A DNA stretch of 63,968 nt, the filler included, from an uncultured Rhodopirellula sp. (GTDB lineage: Bacteria > Planctomycetota > Planctomycetia > Pirellulales > Pirellulaceae), in assembly GCA_964007735.1 (NCBI GenBank). It is 3 parts of 3 records of this genome, joined end to end, with 100 filler letters (N's around TTAATTAATTAA, not from the genome) between each part and the next. Parts side by side here need not be neighbours in the genome. Positions count along the whole stretch, not along the records: positions 1 to 30,679 come from CAXGAI010000050.1; positions 30,780 to 60,629 come from CAXGAI010000051.1; 1 more part is not named here. The stretch is one strand, 5' to 3'. The translations under genes and the position numbers were made by a program. This document shows positions 21,493-31,488 of the stretch, piece after piece. The stretch's first letter is position 1. Each line of letters begins with the position of its first letter. The notes below the pieces were generated by a model that saw nothing but the letters and a program-made list of their open reading frames with translations, was not told the origin of the DNA and did no database searches.

Positions 21493-21637
21493 GATGAATT
21501 AATTCCAGTCGTGAAATATAGATGGTTTAAGAACTGATCGAACAGAGTTGTTCGAACAGAGATATCGATTTATGTCTATTTTGACCAAGATGTAGCTTCA
21601 TTACCACTGCTTTTGGCAGGAGTTTGTATTTCAAGGC

Positions 21638-22660
21638 CTACGAATTGCAAGAAGATGGATTCATGCCTCCACGAATAGCTCCTGCCTCAACCGCACCGTA
21701 ATTCGCCCGAAACATTTCATCCAAGGCCCTACTATTCGGCGCTGCTAACCAAATGCGGAGTAAATGGCGACGTTTTGCCGGATCTTCAAAATCGATAAAT
21801 TCTGTACGGCGATGATAGGTAATCCAGTTATTTAACAGAACGATGTCACCGGGTTCCTGCCGAAATTCAACATACATCTCCTTCCGAGCAGCAACTTCGT
21901 CGACAAAGTTCAGGGCTTCGAGTTGAGTTTCGGTCATCGGAGGCAGATCGTTGTCAGCATAAGCCCGGTCAATGAGCACCCTTAAATATGCGGAAGCGAA
22001 GATGCCATCTCGAAAGGAAAAAATCGGCTGCTGACAGTAAGGAAGACTATTGCCGGTATCCACATTGTGACGTTTGTAGTAATACGGAGCCATCAGCACT
22101 TTTAACAGGTCGGGTCGTTCATGAAGAATTTGATTGTAAACAGAGACGCTACTGACAAGCTGATTGATCCCACCGGACTGAGCTTGTTGCAGACACATAA
22201 ATCCGATGATGTCACAACGATCGGTATGAAAACTAAGTCGTTTGCGCGTATTGGGGCCGCGAGCTTTGGGGTGCCCGGTCTTAAATCCTTCATCGCGCAC
22301 GTGGAAAATGCGCTCGCCCGAGGCACTTTGTGAAACCGCTGTACCGATATAGGTGGACAGCCCCCAGAAAATACGCTCCGCCTCTTCCGCTGAAAAGTCA
22401 TCAACAGGAAGCCCCTTCAGGATGGTTACTCCCGATTGATGCTCAAGTTGATGCTGAATCTGAAGTAATTGTTGCCCAAGGATGGGTAGCGAGAATTCTG
22501 CCGAAGCAATGCCGGTTAAAGGCATGGTAGCCGTTTGTCGAACCGCGAGTCTTATCTCCTCAAGGTGTTTCGACGCCAGCGTGAAATTCCAGTCTTCCCG
22601 TTGCGTCACTTCTTTACCGACCCAGGCAGCAGGGCCGGATATAGGTATTGTGTCCGGCAT
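21638..22660 (-). CDS. TauD/TfdA-family 2-oxoglutarate/Fe(II) dioxygenase
   Basis: 'FHTD' (HxD) and distal 'PGDIVLLNNW..YHRR' facial-triad motifs; 'RHLLRIW'. Confidence 0.85.
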   Translation of the reverse strand: MPDTIPISGPAAWVGKEVTQREDWNFTLASKHLEEIRLAVRQTATMPLTGIASAEFSLPILGQQLLQIQHQLEHQSGVTILKGLPVDDFSAEEAERIFWGLSTYIGTAVSQSASGERIFHVRDEGFKTGHPKARGPNTRKRLSFHTDRCDIIGFMCLQQAQSGGINQLVSSVSVYNQILHERPDLLKVLMAPYYYKRHNVDTGNSLPYCQQPIFSFRDGIFASAYLRVLIDRAYADNDLPPMTETQLEALNFVDEVAARKEMYVEFRQEPGDIVLLNNWITYHRRTEFIDFEDPAKRRHLLRIWLAAPNSRALDEMFRANYGAVEAGAIRGGMNPSSCNS

Positions 22661-22666
22661 TTCTAT

Positions 22667-23902
22667 TTACTTGCCTATGCAATACAACGCCTGCATTGTC
22701 CGCACTAGAATTTGACCATCCGCAAAAACCGGGGTGGAAACCGTGAACTCTTCCGCCAAAGTATTCTTCGCGACCACATCACCATTTTCAGCATTGACCA
22801 CAAAGGTGGCACCATCTTCGCGAGTAAGATAGATATTCTTACCTGCCAGAATTGGTGAAGCCGAATAGGACAGGCGCGCTTTTTCCAGTTCGGTTTGCCA
22901 GATTTGTTCACCGGTTTTCACGTTGATCTTCGTCACAAGGCCGCGATCTGTCACACAGACAGCCGCTCCATTAATAGCGATAGGGGTCGGAACGTCTGCA
23001 CAAATACCCTCAATGGTATAAGCGACCCCTGGCTTTTCCTGGGAGATATTAATGGCCGTTAACGTTCTCCCTCGTGCGTAAGGAGCGAGTAGGATTCCAT
23101 CGCTGAGTACCGGTGAAGCGATACTGCGCCAGTATTTTTCTCCGTTCGGGTTCAGGGTACCGACACGCCACAGTTCTTTTCCGCTGGAAGCATCGTGTCC
23201 GGTAACATAATCGGCGCCTAAAACAATCAGTGACTCTTTGCCATTGTCATTCATGACAATCGGAGTGGAATAGCTTTGTGCGGCTTCGAGAGGAGCATCC
23301 AAATTACGTTCGGTTTTCCAGTTTTGCTTACCAGTTTCTTTATCGATCGCAAGCAAGAAGCTGGGACCGGTTTGCATGACGGCAATGACAACGGAATCTT
23401 TGGTCAGAACTGGCGAAGTACCCAAATCCCACCAGAGAGTGTCTTCTCCATGATCTTCCTGCACATTGGAAATCCATTTGACTTTGCCAGTGAAGTCGAG
23501 ACAGGCAAGGTCTCCACTTTTGTAATAAACATAAATCGCTTCACCGTCAGTAATTGGGGAGGGATTACTGCCACTAGCTTTACGATGTTTCCCGTCACGT
23601 GAAGATCCAATTTGAGTTCGCCATTTTTCTTTGCCTGCACGGTCAAGGCAGATGAGCAGGTTGAAACCACCGTCATTGGCCGTAACCAGAATGTTGTCTT
23701 CCCAAATGGCGGGAGTCGAAGAGCCTACGCCAGGCAATGCGAGTTTCCATGAAATATTCTGATCAACATTCCAAGTCGTTGGGAAATCACCTTTTGGCGC
23801 CACTCCGTTAAAATCAGGTCCGCGCCAGTTCGTCCAGTTTTCCGCAAAACTGCTTCCGGCAATAGTGGTCAGCACAAGAAGGGCTATCAGTGTACGTTTC
23901 AT
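22667..23902 (-). CDS. Secreted PQQ-binding-like beta-propeller repeat protein
   Basis: Signal peptide; 'NWTNWRGP', 'SSTP', repeated 'D..TG...W' blades. Confidence 0.9.
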   Translation of the reverse strand: MKRTLIALLVLTTIAGSSFAENWTNWRGPDFNGVAPKGDFPTTWNVDQNISWKLALPGVGSSTPAIWEDNILVTANDGGFNLLICLDRAGKEKWRTQIGSSRDGKHRKASGSNPSPITDGEAIYVYYKSGDLACLDFTGKVKWISNVQEDHGEDTLWWDLGTSPVLTKDSVVIAVMQTGPSFLLAIDKETGKQNWKTERNLDAPLEAAQSYSTPIVMNDNGKESLIVLGADYVTGHDASSGKELWRVGTLNPNGEKYWRSIASPVLSDGILLAPYARGRTLTAINISQEKPGVAYTIEGICADVPTPIAINGAAVCVTDRGLVTKINVKTGEQIWQTELEKARLSYSASPILAGKNIYLTREDGATFVVNAENGDVVAKNTLAEEFTVSTPVFADGQILVRTMQALYCIGK

Positions 23903-24153
23903 GACAGGGCTCTTTTGAGGTTGGAGGACGGATCGGTAAAAGTTGAATTTACGAGTGTGTTTGGATTTTCTGAATATTACTGCAGGGAATACCCGGTTTT
24001 ATTTGATTCTTTAATATACTGGAACTTTGGAGCATCGTGAACGAAGCATGGTAACTGGTAGGAAGTTGTCCGTCGCCTGCTTATATTCAATATATCACGG
24101 TGTATATATAGAAGAGTCCCTTTTCACTTTGTAGCTACTAAGGATTTATATAG

Positions 24154-25173
24154 ATGTCAAAGTATATTTGGCTGCCGCTTTTATTGATATTGCTTGTCGT
24201 GGGCTGCTCAGATGATTCTAGCTCGATCGTCGTTACGGATGAGAACGAGGATCCTGTAGAACGACAAAATATGGCTACCGATGTCGTGAACGAAAAGACC
24301 ATCGGTTATTCGGCGATGCAGTTAAAAAACCCCTTTTTTGGGATTATTGCAGACAGCCTCAAAGCGGAGGGCGCCAAGCATGGATATGCCGTTATTTCGA
24401 CAGACGCTAATCGGGATGTCGCAACCCAGTCCAAACAACTGGAGGATTTTATTAGTTCGGGAGTGGATGCCATTGTTCTTAATCCTACGGACAAGGAGGC
24501 GATTGGGCCCGCGATTAAGAAAGCCAACGAGGCGGGTATTCCGGTATTCACCTGTGACCTTCAATGTGTTGCTGAGGGGGTCCAGATTGCCGGCCACATT
24601 GGCACGGATAATCTTCAGGGTGGCAGGCTTGCCGGCGAAGCGATGGTCGAAGTGCTCGGAGAAGATGGTGGAGAAGTGATTGTTTTAGATTTTAACCAGG
24701 CCGAGTCCTGCGTCTTGCGCGTACGTGGCTTTAAGGAAATTATTGATGCGGCTAATCAGGAACGAGAAACCGGCAAAATTGAAATTGTGACGCAAATCGA
24801 TGGAGGCGGTGACCGAGAGATAGGGTATAAAGCGGCGTCCGCCAGCCTGGAAGGGCACCCGGAGGCGAGAGGGATTTTTGCGATTAATGACCCTTCCGCA
24901 TTGGGCGCCTGGCAGGCAGTCAAGGAAGCTGATCGTCTGGATACCATTTCCATTGTTGGCTTTGACGGTGAACTGGCGGGTAAGCGAGCGATACTGGAAG
25001 AAAAAATCTATGCGGACCCCATTCAATTCCCTAAGCAAATGGGTGCAGGAATTATAGAAAAGCTGGTTGCCTATCAAAACGGTGAGGACTACGAACCAAT
25101 CACTTTGATTCCGACCAAGCTTTATAAAAAAGCGGATGCAGAGATCGATCCTGATCTACAAGATGGAAAGTAA
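24154..25173 (+). CDS. Sugar ABC transporter substrate-binding lipoprotein (RbsB-like)
   Basis: Lipobox 'LLVVGC'; 'NPFF', 'GTDNLQGG', 'FAINDPSALGA', 'VGFDG'. Confidence 0.9.
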   Translation: MSKYIWLPLLLILLVVGCSDDSSSIVVTDENEDPVERQNMATDVVNEKTIGYSAMQLKNPFFGIIADSLKAEGAKHGYAVISTDANRDVATQSKQLEDFISSGVDAIVLNPTDKEAIGPAIKKANEAGIPVFTCDLQCVAEGVQIAGHIGTDNLQGGRLAGEAMVEVLGEDGGEVIVLDFNQAESCVLRVRGFKEIIDAANQERETGKIEIVTQIDGGGDREIGYKAASASLEGHPEARGIFAINDPSALGAWQAVKEADRLDTISIVGFDGELAGKRAILEEKIYADPIQFPKQMGAGIIEKLVAYQNGEDYEPITLIPTKLYKKADAEIDPDLQDGK

Positions 25174-26712
25174 ATGGCCGAAGACGCGACCTCCGAGCAC
25201 CCCCATCACCTGCTGGAAATGACAGGGCTTTCCAAGTCTTTTCCAGGCGTTCGGGCCCTGGATCAGGTGAACCTGACGCTTCATGCCGGTGAAGTGCTGG
25301 CCCTCTTGGGGGAAAATGGTGCGGGGAAAAGTACGTTAATCAAAATTCTTGGTGGTGTGTATGCACCGGATGCCGGAAAGATTTGTATCGATGGCGAGAC
25401 GGTCGATCTTACATCGCCAACTGGCGCGCAACAGGCTGGCATCGGAATAATCTTTCAGGAATTCAATTTAGTTCCGGCGCTGAGTGCCCGCGAGAACATT
25501 TTTTTGGGACAGGAATCGTCTAGCCTGAGTTGGATTAACAAGGGCCAAGAGCATGCAAAAGCGCGGGAACTGTTTGATCGGATAGGCGTTCAGGTGGATC
25601 CCGAGGCGTTGTGCCAGGATCTTACGGTGGCCCAGCAGCAGGTCGTTGAAATTGCAAAGGCGCTGGCATTGAATGCGCGGATAGTGGTGATGGATGAACC
25701 AACAGCAGCGCTGACACCACAGGAAGTCGAGGGTCTGTATGAAATTGTCGATGAATTGCGGCGGCTGAATATCGGTGTGATTTATATTAGTCACCGGCTT
25801 GATGAGATTGACCGACTGGCAGATCGAATTATGATCCTGAGAGACGGTCGGCATATAGGAACCCGGGATCCTGAATCTCTGAGTCGCAATGAAATGATCG
25901 AAATGATGGTAGGTCGTTCACTCGAGAACGAATTCCCCAGAGAAGAACGCTCCGTGGGTGAAAGTCGTTTCGTGGTGGAAAATCTCTGTCGGGGCAGTCG
26001 TGTGAAGGACATATCGTTTACGGTTGCCAAGGGAGAAATTCTGGGAGTTGCCGGACTGGTTGGTGCCGGCAGAACCGAAATGGCCCGGTTGTTGTTTGGA
26101 GCCGACAGGAGAACTGGTGGAACCATAACGCTGGATGGCCGGGAACTTTCGATCCGATCCCCACGGCAGGCGATTGCCGAGGGGATCTGTTTGTTAACGG
26201 AAGACCGTAAAGGCCAGGGACTTGTTTTGGGACATACCGTGCAGGAGAATTTTGCACTCCCAAATTTGCGTCATTTTATGTACGGCCCGTTTATCTCCAA
26301 GTCACGGGAAACCGCTGCTTTTAAGTCCTATATAGACCAAATTCAAATTAAAATTACGGGTGGCGAGCAGATTGCCGAAACCTTGTCCGGAGGCAACCAA
26401 CAAAAAGTCGTTTTAGCTAAGTGGTTACAGCGAAATGCCGACGTTATTATTTTTGATGAACCGACGCGCGGAATTGACGTGGGTGCCAAGTATGAAATCT
26501 ATTTGTTGATGAATGAGCTGTCACGTCAGGGTAAGGCAATCATCATGATAAGCTCGGAATTAACCGAAATTCTGGGGATGAGCGATCGCATTCTAGTGAT
26601 CCGAGAAGGGAGCGCCGCTGGTTGTCTTGTCAACAGGGGTATATCGCAGGAAGATCTGATGAAGCTGGCAACAGGAGCTGATGCTGGCCGGAAAACGGTG
26701 ATGCAGGGATGA
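25174..26712 (+). CDS. Sugar ABC transporter ATP-binding protein (RbsA/MglA-like, tandem ABC domains)
   Basis: Walker A 'GENGAGKST', 'MDEPT', 'LSGGNQQK', 'DEPTRGIDVGAK'. Confidence 0.95.
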   Translation: MAEDATSEHPHHLLEMTGLSKSFPGVRALDQVNLTLHAGEVLALLGENGAGKSTLIKILGGVYAPDAGKICIDGETVDLTSPTGAQQAGIGIIFQEFNLVPALSARENIFLGQESSSLSWINKGQEHAKARELFDRIGVQVDPEALCQDLTVAQQQVVEIAKALALNARIVVMDEPTAALTPQEVEGLYEIVDELRRLNIGVIYISHRLDEIDRLADRIMILRDGRHIGTRDPESLSRNEMIEMMVGRSLENEFPREERSVGESRFVVENLCRGSRVKDISFTVAKGEILGVAGLVGAGRTEMARLLFGADRRTGGTITLDGRELSIRSPRQAIAEGICLLTEDRKGQGLVLGHTVQENFALPNLRHFMYGPFISKSRETAAFKSYIDQIQIKITGGEQIAETLSGGNQQKVVLAKWLQRNADVIIFDEPTRGIDVGAKYEIYLLMNELSRQGKAIIMISSELTEILGMSDRILVIREGSAAGCLVNRGISQEDLMKLATGADAGRKTVMQG

Positions 26713-28100
26713 AGAGCAATAAGTATATGCGGGCGCTGTTTCGGGACTATGGGATGGTCTTTGTGCTGCTCGCACTTTGCGGGTTGGTTAGTATTGCCAC
26801 GATAGCCGACCACCATCCGTCGGATGTCGCGGCCGGAAGACAACTGGCAAATCAGCTGAGCAGCCAGGCGGGAACGGAAATCAATGTTTTGATTGTCGCG
26901 CGCGAAGTACCCTCTACCGATGAAGCGTTTGCTTTGGCTTTAAAGGAGCAGCTTCAGAGCAACGGGGCGAATGTGCTGGGTGTGGAGCTGGGGGACCCCC
27001 GCAGCGTCCGCGCGCGGCTGGAGGATCTTGGTAGGCAGAAAATTCGTGTGGACTATATTGCAACCCATAATTTTTCATCGAACTGGGGTGTGTTGCATAC
27101 GGATAAGCTCAAGGCATTGGGGACAACATTTCCCACGCTGAAGAAAGTAAGGAAGGTGCGGCCCAAGAGCCATCGCTGGCCTATTTTTCTAACGGCTTCC
27201 AATCTGCGAAAAGTACTTGACCAAAATGCGCCAACGGCGATTGTTGCCATTGGAATGACCCTTGTGATTATTACGGCGGGCATTGATTTGTCGGTTGGAA
27301 GTATGGTGGCGCTGGCCTCGGTAATTACGGCGATCACGATTCGAGATCTTTTTGGCGGCGCCAGTGCAAGTGGAATGGATGTGACACTGGCCTATGGCCT
27401 TACCATGCTAGTGTGTGCCGGTGTGGGAATGCTGGTGGGTGTCTTCGTGACCGTGTTTAAAGTACCACCCTTTGTAGTGACTCTGGGTTTGATGATGGTG
27501 GCGCGTGGAGCTGCCTATTTCATTGCCGATGAAGCATCGGCCATTCCACTCTCTTCGGTCGCAGGGAATAAGTTGCTGTATGACTCAAATCTCCTTGGAA
27601 TTCAAAATCAGATTCCCATTATGATTTTGCTGTTTGTGATGGCCCATGTTCTGATGAACCATACCGCTTATGGCAGATATGTGTATGCCGTTGGAGGAAA
27701 TGTAACTTCGGCAAGGCTCTCCGGTGTACCGGTTGTTTTTGTTGTCATCTCGGTTTATACGATTTGCAGCCTGCTGTCAGGCTTCGCCGGAATATTGGAA
27801 ACATCGCATCACCAAGCCGGTCTGATGAGCGCGGGAAATTTGCTTGAATTGAAGGCGATTGCTGCAGTTGTGGTGGGTGGAACGAGCCTGATGGGTGGTG
27901 AAGGTAAAATCTTTGGTACGTTTATTGGCGTGCTTATCCTGGGGGTCATTGAAAATGGCCTGAATACAGCGGGAGCACACCTTGGCCTGGAAGGAGTGCA
28001 GAAAATGGGGCTGGAACAAGTTATCTATGGAGCGCTGATTCTGGTTGCAGTATTAATAGATCAGCTAAAGAAAAAAGTAGTGAAACCAGCGGCAAACTAG
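26709..28100 (+). CDS. Sugar ABC transporter permease (RbsC-like) with a large soluble insertion after TM1
   Basis: 'GIDLSVGS', 'GRYVYAVGGN...ARLSGV', 'AIAAVVVGGTSLMGG'; ATGA overlap with the ATPase gene. Confidence 0.9.
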   Translation: MKSNKYMRALFRDYGMVFVLLALCGLVSIATIADHHPSDVAAGRQLANQLSSQAGTEINVLIVAREVPSTDEAFALALKEQLQSNGANVLGVELGDPRSVRARLEDLGRQKIRVDYIATHNFSSNWGVLHTDKLKALGTTFPTLKKVRKVRPKSHRWPIFLTASNLRKVLDQNAPTAIVAIGMTLVIITAGIDLSVGSMVALASVITAITIRDLFGGASASGMDVTLAYGLTMLVCAGVGMLVGVFVTVFKVPPFVVTLGLMMVARGAAYFIADEASAIPLSSVAGNKLLYDSNLLGIQNQIPIMILLFVMAHVLMNHTAYGRYVYAVGGNVTSARLSGVPVVFVVISVYTICSLLSGFAGILETSHHQAGLMSAGNLLELKAIAAVVVGGTSLMGGEGKIFGTFIGVLILGVIENGLNTAGAHLGLEGVQKMGLEQVIYGALILVAVLIDQLKKKVVKPAAN

Positions 28101-28347
28101 TCAAAACAGGAGAAATTGATAGTTTTTAACAAATCTGTCATATAATCCAATTGGGGAAGGTTGACGACACACTATTGTCACAATAGGCTATTGGTTTCAA
28201 CCAAAGAATAAACCGTTCGCATGGAGTATTTTTTCCCTGCAAACCTAGGTTGAAAACAGAATTAAGAATATTCGTAATGTTGACTCGTGGCCTGATCCGC
28301 CACACTCATGAGTCACGTCTAGACGTTAGATTGTAGGAGATAATTCC

Positions 28348-28638
28348 GTGAACAAATTAGCTAAATTGGCAATGTGGAGCCTAGGTGCCCTGCTTGTTTT
28401 GGCTTCCCCTGTATTCGCACAGGACGGTGGCCAGGCCCTTATTGAATTCTCTGGCGCTTTTGGTGCTGGACTGGTTACTATCGGTGCTGCTGCTGGTATC
28501 GGTAAATTGGCCGCTGGTGCTTTCGAAGGCATGGCTCGCCAGCCAGAAAAAGCGGGTCAGATTCAGACAGCAATGATTATTGCTGCTGCTCTGATTGAAG
28601 GTTTTACCTTCTTCGCACTAGTTATTTGCATGGGCTAA
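28348..28638 (+). CDS. atpE: F0F1 ATP synthase subunit c with signal-peptide-like N-terminal extension, stand-alone
   Basis: Gly-rich helix 1, 'ARQPE' loop, 'ALIEG' carboxylate; AGGAG RBS upstream of the GTG start. Confidence 0.93.
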   Translation: MNKLAKLAMWSLGALLVLASPVFAQDGGQALIEFSGAFGAGLVTIGAAAGIGKLAAGAFEGMARQPEKAGQIQTAMIIAAALIEGFTFFALVICMG

Positions 28639-28673
28639 GCTTAGCCCAACAGCAACATAACACACTGAACAAG

Positions 28674-28705
28674 AAACAGCCTGTATTCATACAGGCTGTT
28701 TTTTT
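28674..28705 (+). terminator. Rho-independent terminator after atpE
   Basis: AAACAGCCTGTA-TTCA-TACAGGCTGTTT perfect 12-bp stem continuing into a T run. Confidence 0.9.
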
Positions 28706-28792
28706 ATGCGCGGTGGTGGTTGATCTATTCTATAATCCGAATACCAAACCCTCTGCGGGGGCGGATCGCTAACCACCAGGAGGAAGGCCTTC

Positions 28793-29824
28793 ATGATTCA
28801 TAAGATAAATCGCAGGCAGACACTTGGAATTCTCGGCGCCTCTGCCCTTCTTTCTACAGCGTCTTCGATGAAAGCAGCGGACTATAGCGATTTGAATACG
28901 GATCGTTATCTAGGCGAAGTTGACGTTTTGGCAACCATCGAAGATGACAAGGTCTTTACAGAAGGGCCGGCCTGGGGAAATGGGGCATTGTACTTTACCA
29001 ATGTTCCGGCCGGAAAAATCCTCAAATGGGATGGCCGAAAACTGTCGGTTTATCGTGAAAATAGCAACCACGCCAACGGCTTGCATTTTGACAGTGCAGG
29101 AAATCTCTGGGCTTGCGAAGGCGGAGGGGGAGGTGTATCAGGAAAACCCAAGTTAGTGCGCGCCGCATGCGTGACACGTACCGATTGGAAGAGCGGTGAG
29201 ATAACGGTTCTGGCCAGCGAATTTAATTCATTTCATTTGGCGTCTCCCAATGACCTGTGCTTTGACTATAAAAATCGATTGTTCTTTTCATCACGTCCCG
29301 GCGGCGTTGATGCCACGAAAGGAAATGTGAATGCTGTTTATCGACTTGATCCTGACGGCAGCCTCGAGCAGGTTCTTGCCTGGCCCGACATTCATATGCC
29401 CAATGGTTTGGTGACGTCACCAAACGGCAGGAAGCTTTATCTTATTGAAGCACATCCGGATGCTGAGCATCATCGTGATATTCGCAGCTATGAGATCACC
29501 GAAGATGGAAAGCTGATGGATGAGAAAATCGTGATTGATTTTTATCCTGGCCGAAGTGGCGATGGCATGGCAATTGATGCAAAGGGTAACTTATATGTTG
29601 CCGCTGGCCTGCATGCCACTCGTAAGACAAGTGAAACACTAGATACGAAACCTGGCATACATGTTATTTCACCGCAAGGTAAGATCCTAGCGTTTCGCGA
29701 AACTCCGGAAGACACCATTACTAACTGTACTTTCGGCGGCAAAAACCTGAAAACCCTGTTTGTCACTTGCGGAACAAAGCTACTGGCAATCCCGACACGG
29801 ATCCCGGGTAAAAGTATTCAATAG
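28793..29824 (+). CDS. SMP-30/gluconolactonase family protein with Tat-like leader
   Basis: 'NRRQTLG'; 'FTEGPAW', 'SPNDL', 'MPNGL', 'GDGMAIDAKGNLYV', 'TNCTFGG'. Confidence 0.9.
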   Translation: MIHKINRRQTLGILGASALLSTASSMKAADYSDLNTDRYLGEVDVLATIEDDKVFTEGPAWGNGALYFTNVPAGKILKWDGRKLSVYRENSNHANGLHFDSAGNLWACEGGGGGVSGKPKLVRAACVTRTDWKSGEITVLASEFNSFHLASPNDLCFDYKNRLFFSSRPGGVDATKGNVNAVYRLDPDGSLEQVLAWPDIHMPNGLVTSPNGRKLYLIEAHPDAEHHRDIRSYEITEDGKLMDEKIVIDFYPGRSGDGMAIDAKGNLYVAAGLHATRKTSETLDTKPGIHVISPQGKILAFRETPEDTITNCTFGGKNLKTLFVTCGTKLLAIPTRIPGKSIQ

Positions 29825-29833
29825 GACCCTGAT

Positions 29834-30019
29834 ATGGCACTTGCTGACAATCGCTTGCAAAGAACCCTAACGCTTTGTGCATTATATCTTGCACAGGGCA
29901 TACCCTGGGGATTCATGTCGATAACGCTTGTCTCGTTCCTAAATGATAAAGGGCTGGATGAAGCGGGCGGTGGTAAGCTAAAAGCGATCATTCTTTTGCC
30001 ATGGGCGTTTAAATTTTTG
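29834..30019 (+). pseudogene. N-terminal fragment of an AmpG-like MFS transporter (first 2 TMs), fused in frame to unrelated sequence
   Basis: 'LYLAQGIPWGF...LPWAFKFL' is the AmpG-family N-terminal signature; the remaining TM segments are absent. Confidence 0.7.
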
Positions 30020-30679
30020 GCGGCAGGACAAGAACGCAGATTACCCGCTATCGCTGATGCTATGCAGGTACTTAATCGACCTAATATAGAGCTTTATCGA
30101 CAACTTCTTGAAGGAACAGGACAAGAAGATTTGATAGTCGACTCTATGTACGTACATGTTTATCGGGATTCTAATGCGGTAAATTTAAAATCACTCGCAT
30201 GGAGGCTTCGCGAAGAGCGCGGTGTTCCTATCGAAATTGCAGAAATAAACCAACTCCATGAAATAGAACCCGCATTATCCGCGAACTTTAAGTCAGCCGT
30301 ATTAATGAAAGGCCAGGCGCGGGCAACAGACCCCGGCGGCGTCGGGAAAGCTTTAGCCGACAAAGCGAAACGAATGGGAGCTTTATTCCGAAAGGCAAGC
30401 ATAGATCATATACAACCTAATCCCGAAAAAGGCTGGATGCTTTATTCCGACCAAGGAGAGATATACGCCGATAAGCTGATAATCGCTGCTGGGGCCTGGT
30501 CCGCACGACTCCTTGCACCACTGGGCTATAAGTTACCTTTGGAGGCGGAACGGGGTTACCATGTTATATTCAAGGATCCAGGAATTACCGTTAATAATTC
30601 AATAATGGACGCTAATGCTAAATTCGTTGCCAGTTCAATGGTCGCCGGTGTTCGATGTGCCGGTACGGCAGAGTTTGCG
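30020..30679 (+). other. Internal fragment of an FAD-dependent D-amino acid dehydrogenase (DadA/DAO family), truncated by the gap
   Basis: 'EIEPALS', 'IIAAGAWS', 'PLEAERGYHV', 'RCAGTAEFA'; no N-terminal GxGxxG FAD-binding motif. Confidence 0.75.
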
Positions 30680-30779
30680 NNNNNNNNNNNNNNNNNNNNN
30701 NNNNNNNNNNNNNNNNNNNNNNNTTAATTAATTAANNNNNNNNNNNNNNNNNNNNNNNNNNNNNNNNNNNNNNNNNNNN
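30680..30779. other. Artificial contig spacer (N44-TTAATTAATTAA-N44)
   Basis: 100-nt N run with a six-frame-stop linker at 30724-30735; same layout as the spacer at 60630. Confidence 0.98.
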
Positions 30780-30780
30780 C

Positions 30781-31488
30781 GGATTATGGCTTGCCTGGCA
30801 AATGTTATCGCCGGAAGCTTTAACGCCTGTCGAGACTTTATTAGCCAAGAGGCTTGAAGCAAAAAACGATTCAGCCAGTTCGATTAATGCAAGCAGCACC
30901 AATCAGGAGTGGAAAAGTTTGCAGGAATCGAGCAGTGATAAGAAAGGAGGGATTTTAGTTGTCTTTGATAATGACCATAAGTTTTATCCACCCGCGGCAG
31001 CAGCTCTGGGGATTTCATTGGATCGTTTAATGATCCTGACACCCAAAAGTAAAAAAGATCTGTACTGGTCATTGGATCAAGTACTGCGTTGTCCGGCAGT
31101 CGGAGCAGTTTGGAGTTGTATGTCAAAAGTAAGTAGTCGCGAGTTTCGGCGTTTGCAGTTAGCTGCCGAAGCAGGAAGAGCATTAGGAGTGTTAGTACGG
31201 GAGAAGAAGTTTGAACGAACTCCAACCTGGGCTCATGTGCGATTGCAATTTACCGCATTACCCGCACAGAACCGATCATCTTCGACAGTCAGGATGGTTT
31301 CAGGAGATTGGCGTTTTCGGGTGGAACGAAAACGAGCGGTTACCGCAATGTCTGGACGTATTTCAGGGGCATCGCAGTGTGAAATCGATTTGCGAGATGT
31401 AGTGCAAACAAGTGGACAGGGTCAACAGGGGCAGCAGGTTCAATCCGAGAAGTCGGAGGGGCAGCCATTAGCAGGCACGGCTAGATGA
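30781..31488 (+). CDS. imuA: ImuA-like (RecA/SulA-like) mutasome accessory protein, 5'-truncated by the gap
   Basis: 'FYPPAAAALGISLDRL', 'WSLDQVLRCPAVGAV', 'RRLQLAAEAG'; the frame is open back to the gap; lies directly upstream of imuB and dnaE2. Confidence 0.8.
   Translation, partial: GLWLAWQMLSPEALTPVETLLAKRLEAKNDSASSINASSTNQEWKSLQESSSDKKGGILVVFDNDHKFYPPAAAALGISLDRLMILTPKSKKDLYWSLDQVLRCPAVGAVWSCMSKVSSREFRRLQLAAEAGRALGVLVREKKFERTPTWAHVRLQFTALPAQNRSSSTVRMVSGDWRFRVERKRAVTAMSGRISGASQCEIDLRDVVQTSGQGQQGQQVQSEKSEGQPLAGTAR

Noticed and set aside
21538..21561. Short direct repeat TCGAACAGAG x2 upstream of the ThuA-like gene
   Set aside because: Only two 10-nt copies; could be an operator but cannot be distinguished from chance, and is not a CRISPR array.
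24090..24110. Imperfect AT-rich inverted repeat upstream of the sugar ABC operon
   Set aside because: Low-complexity and imperfect, with no adjacent regulator to link it to.
30724..30735. TTAATTAATTAA palindrome within N runs (also 60674-60685)
   Set aside because: Synthetic six-frame-stop linker used to concatenate contigs; ORF-track entries ending or starting in it are artefacts.
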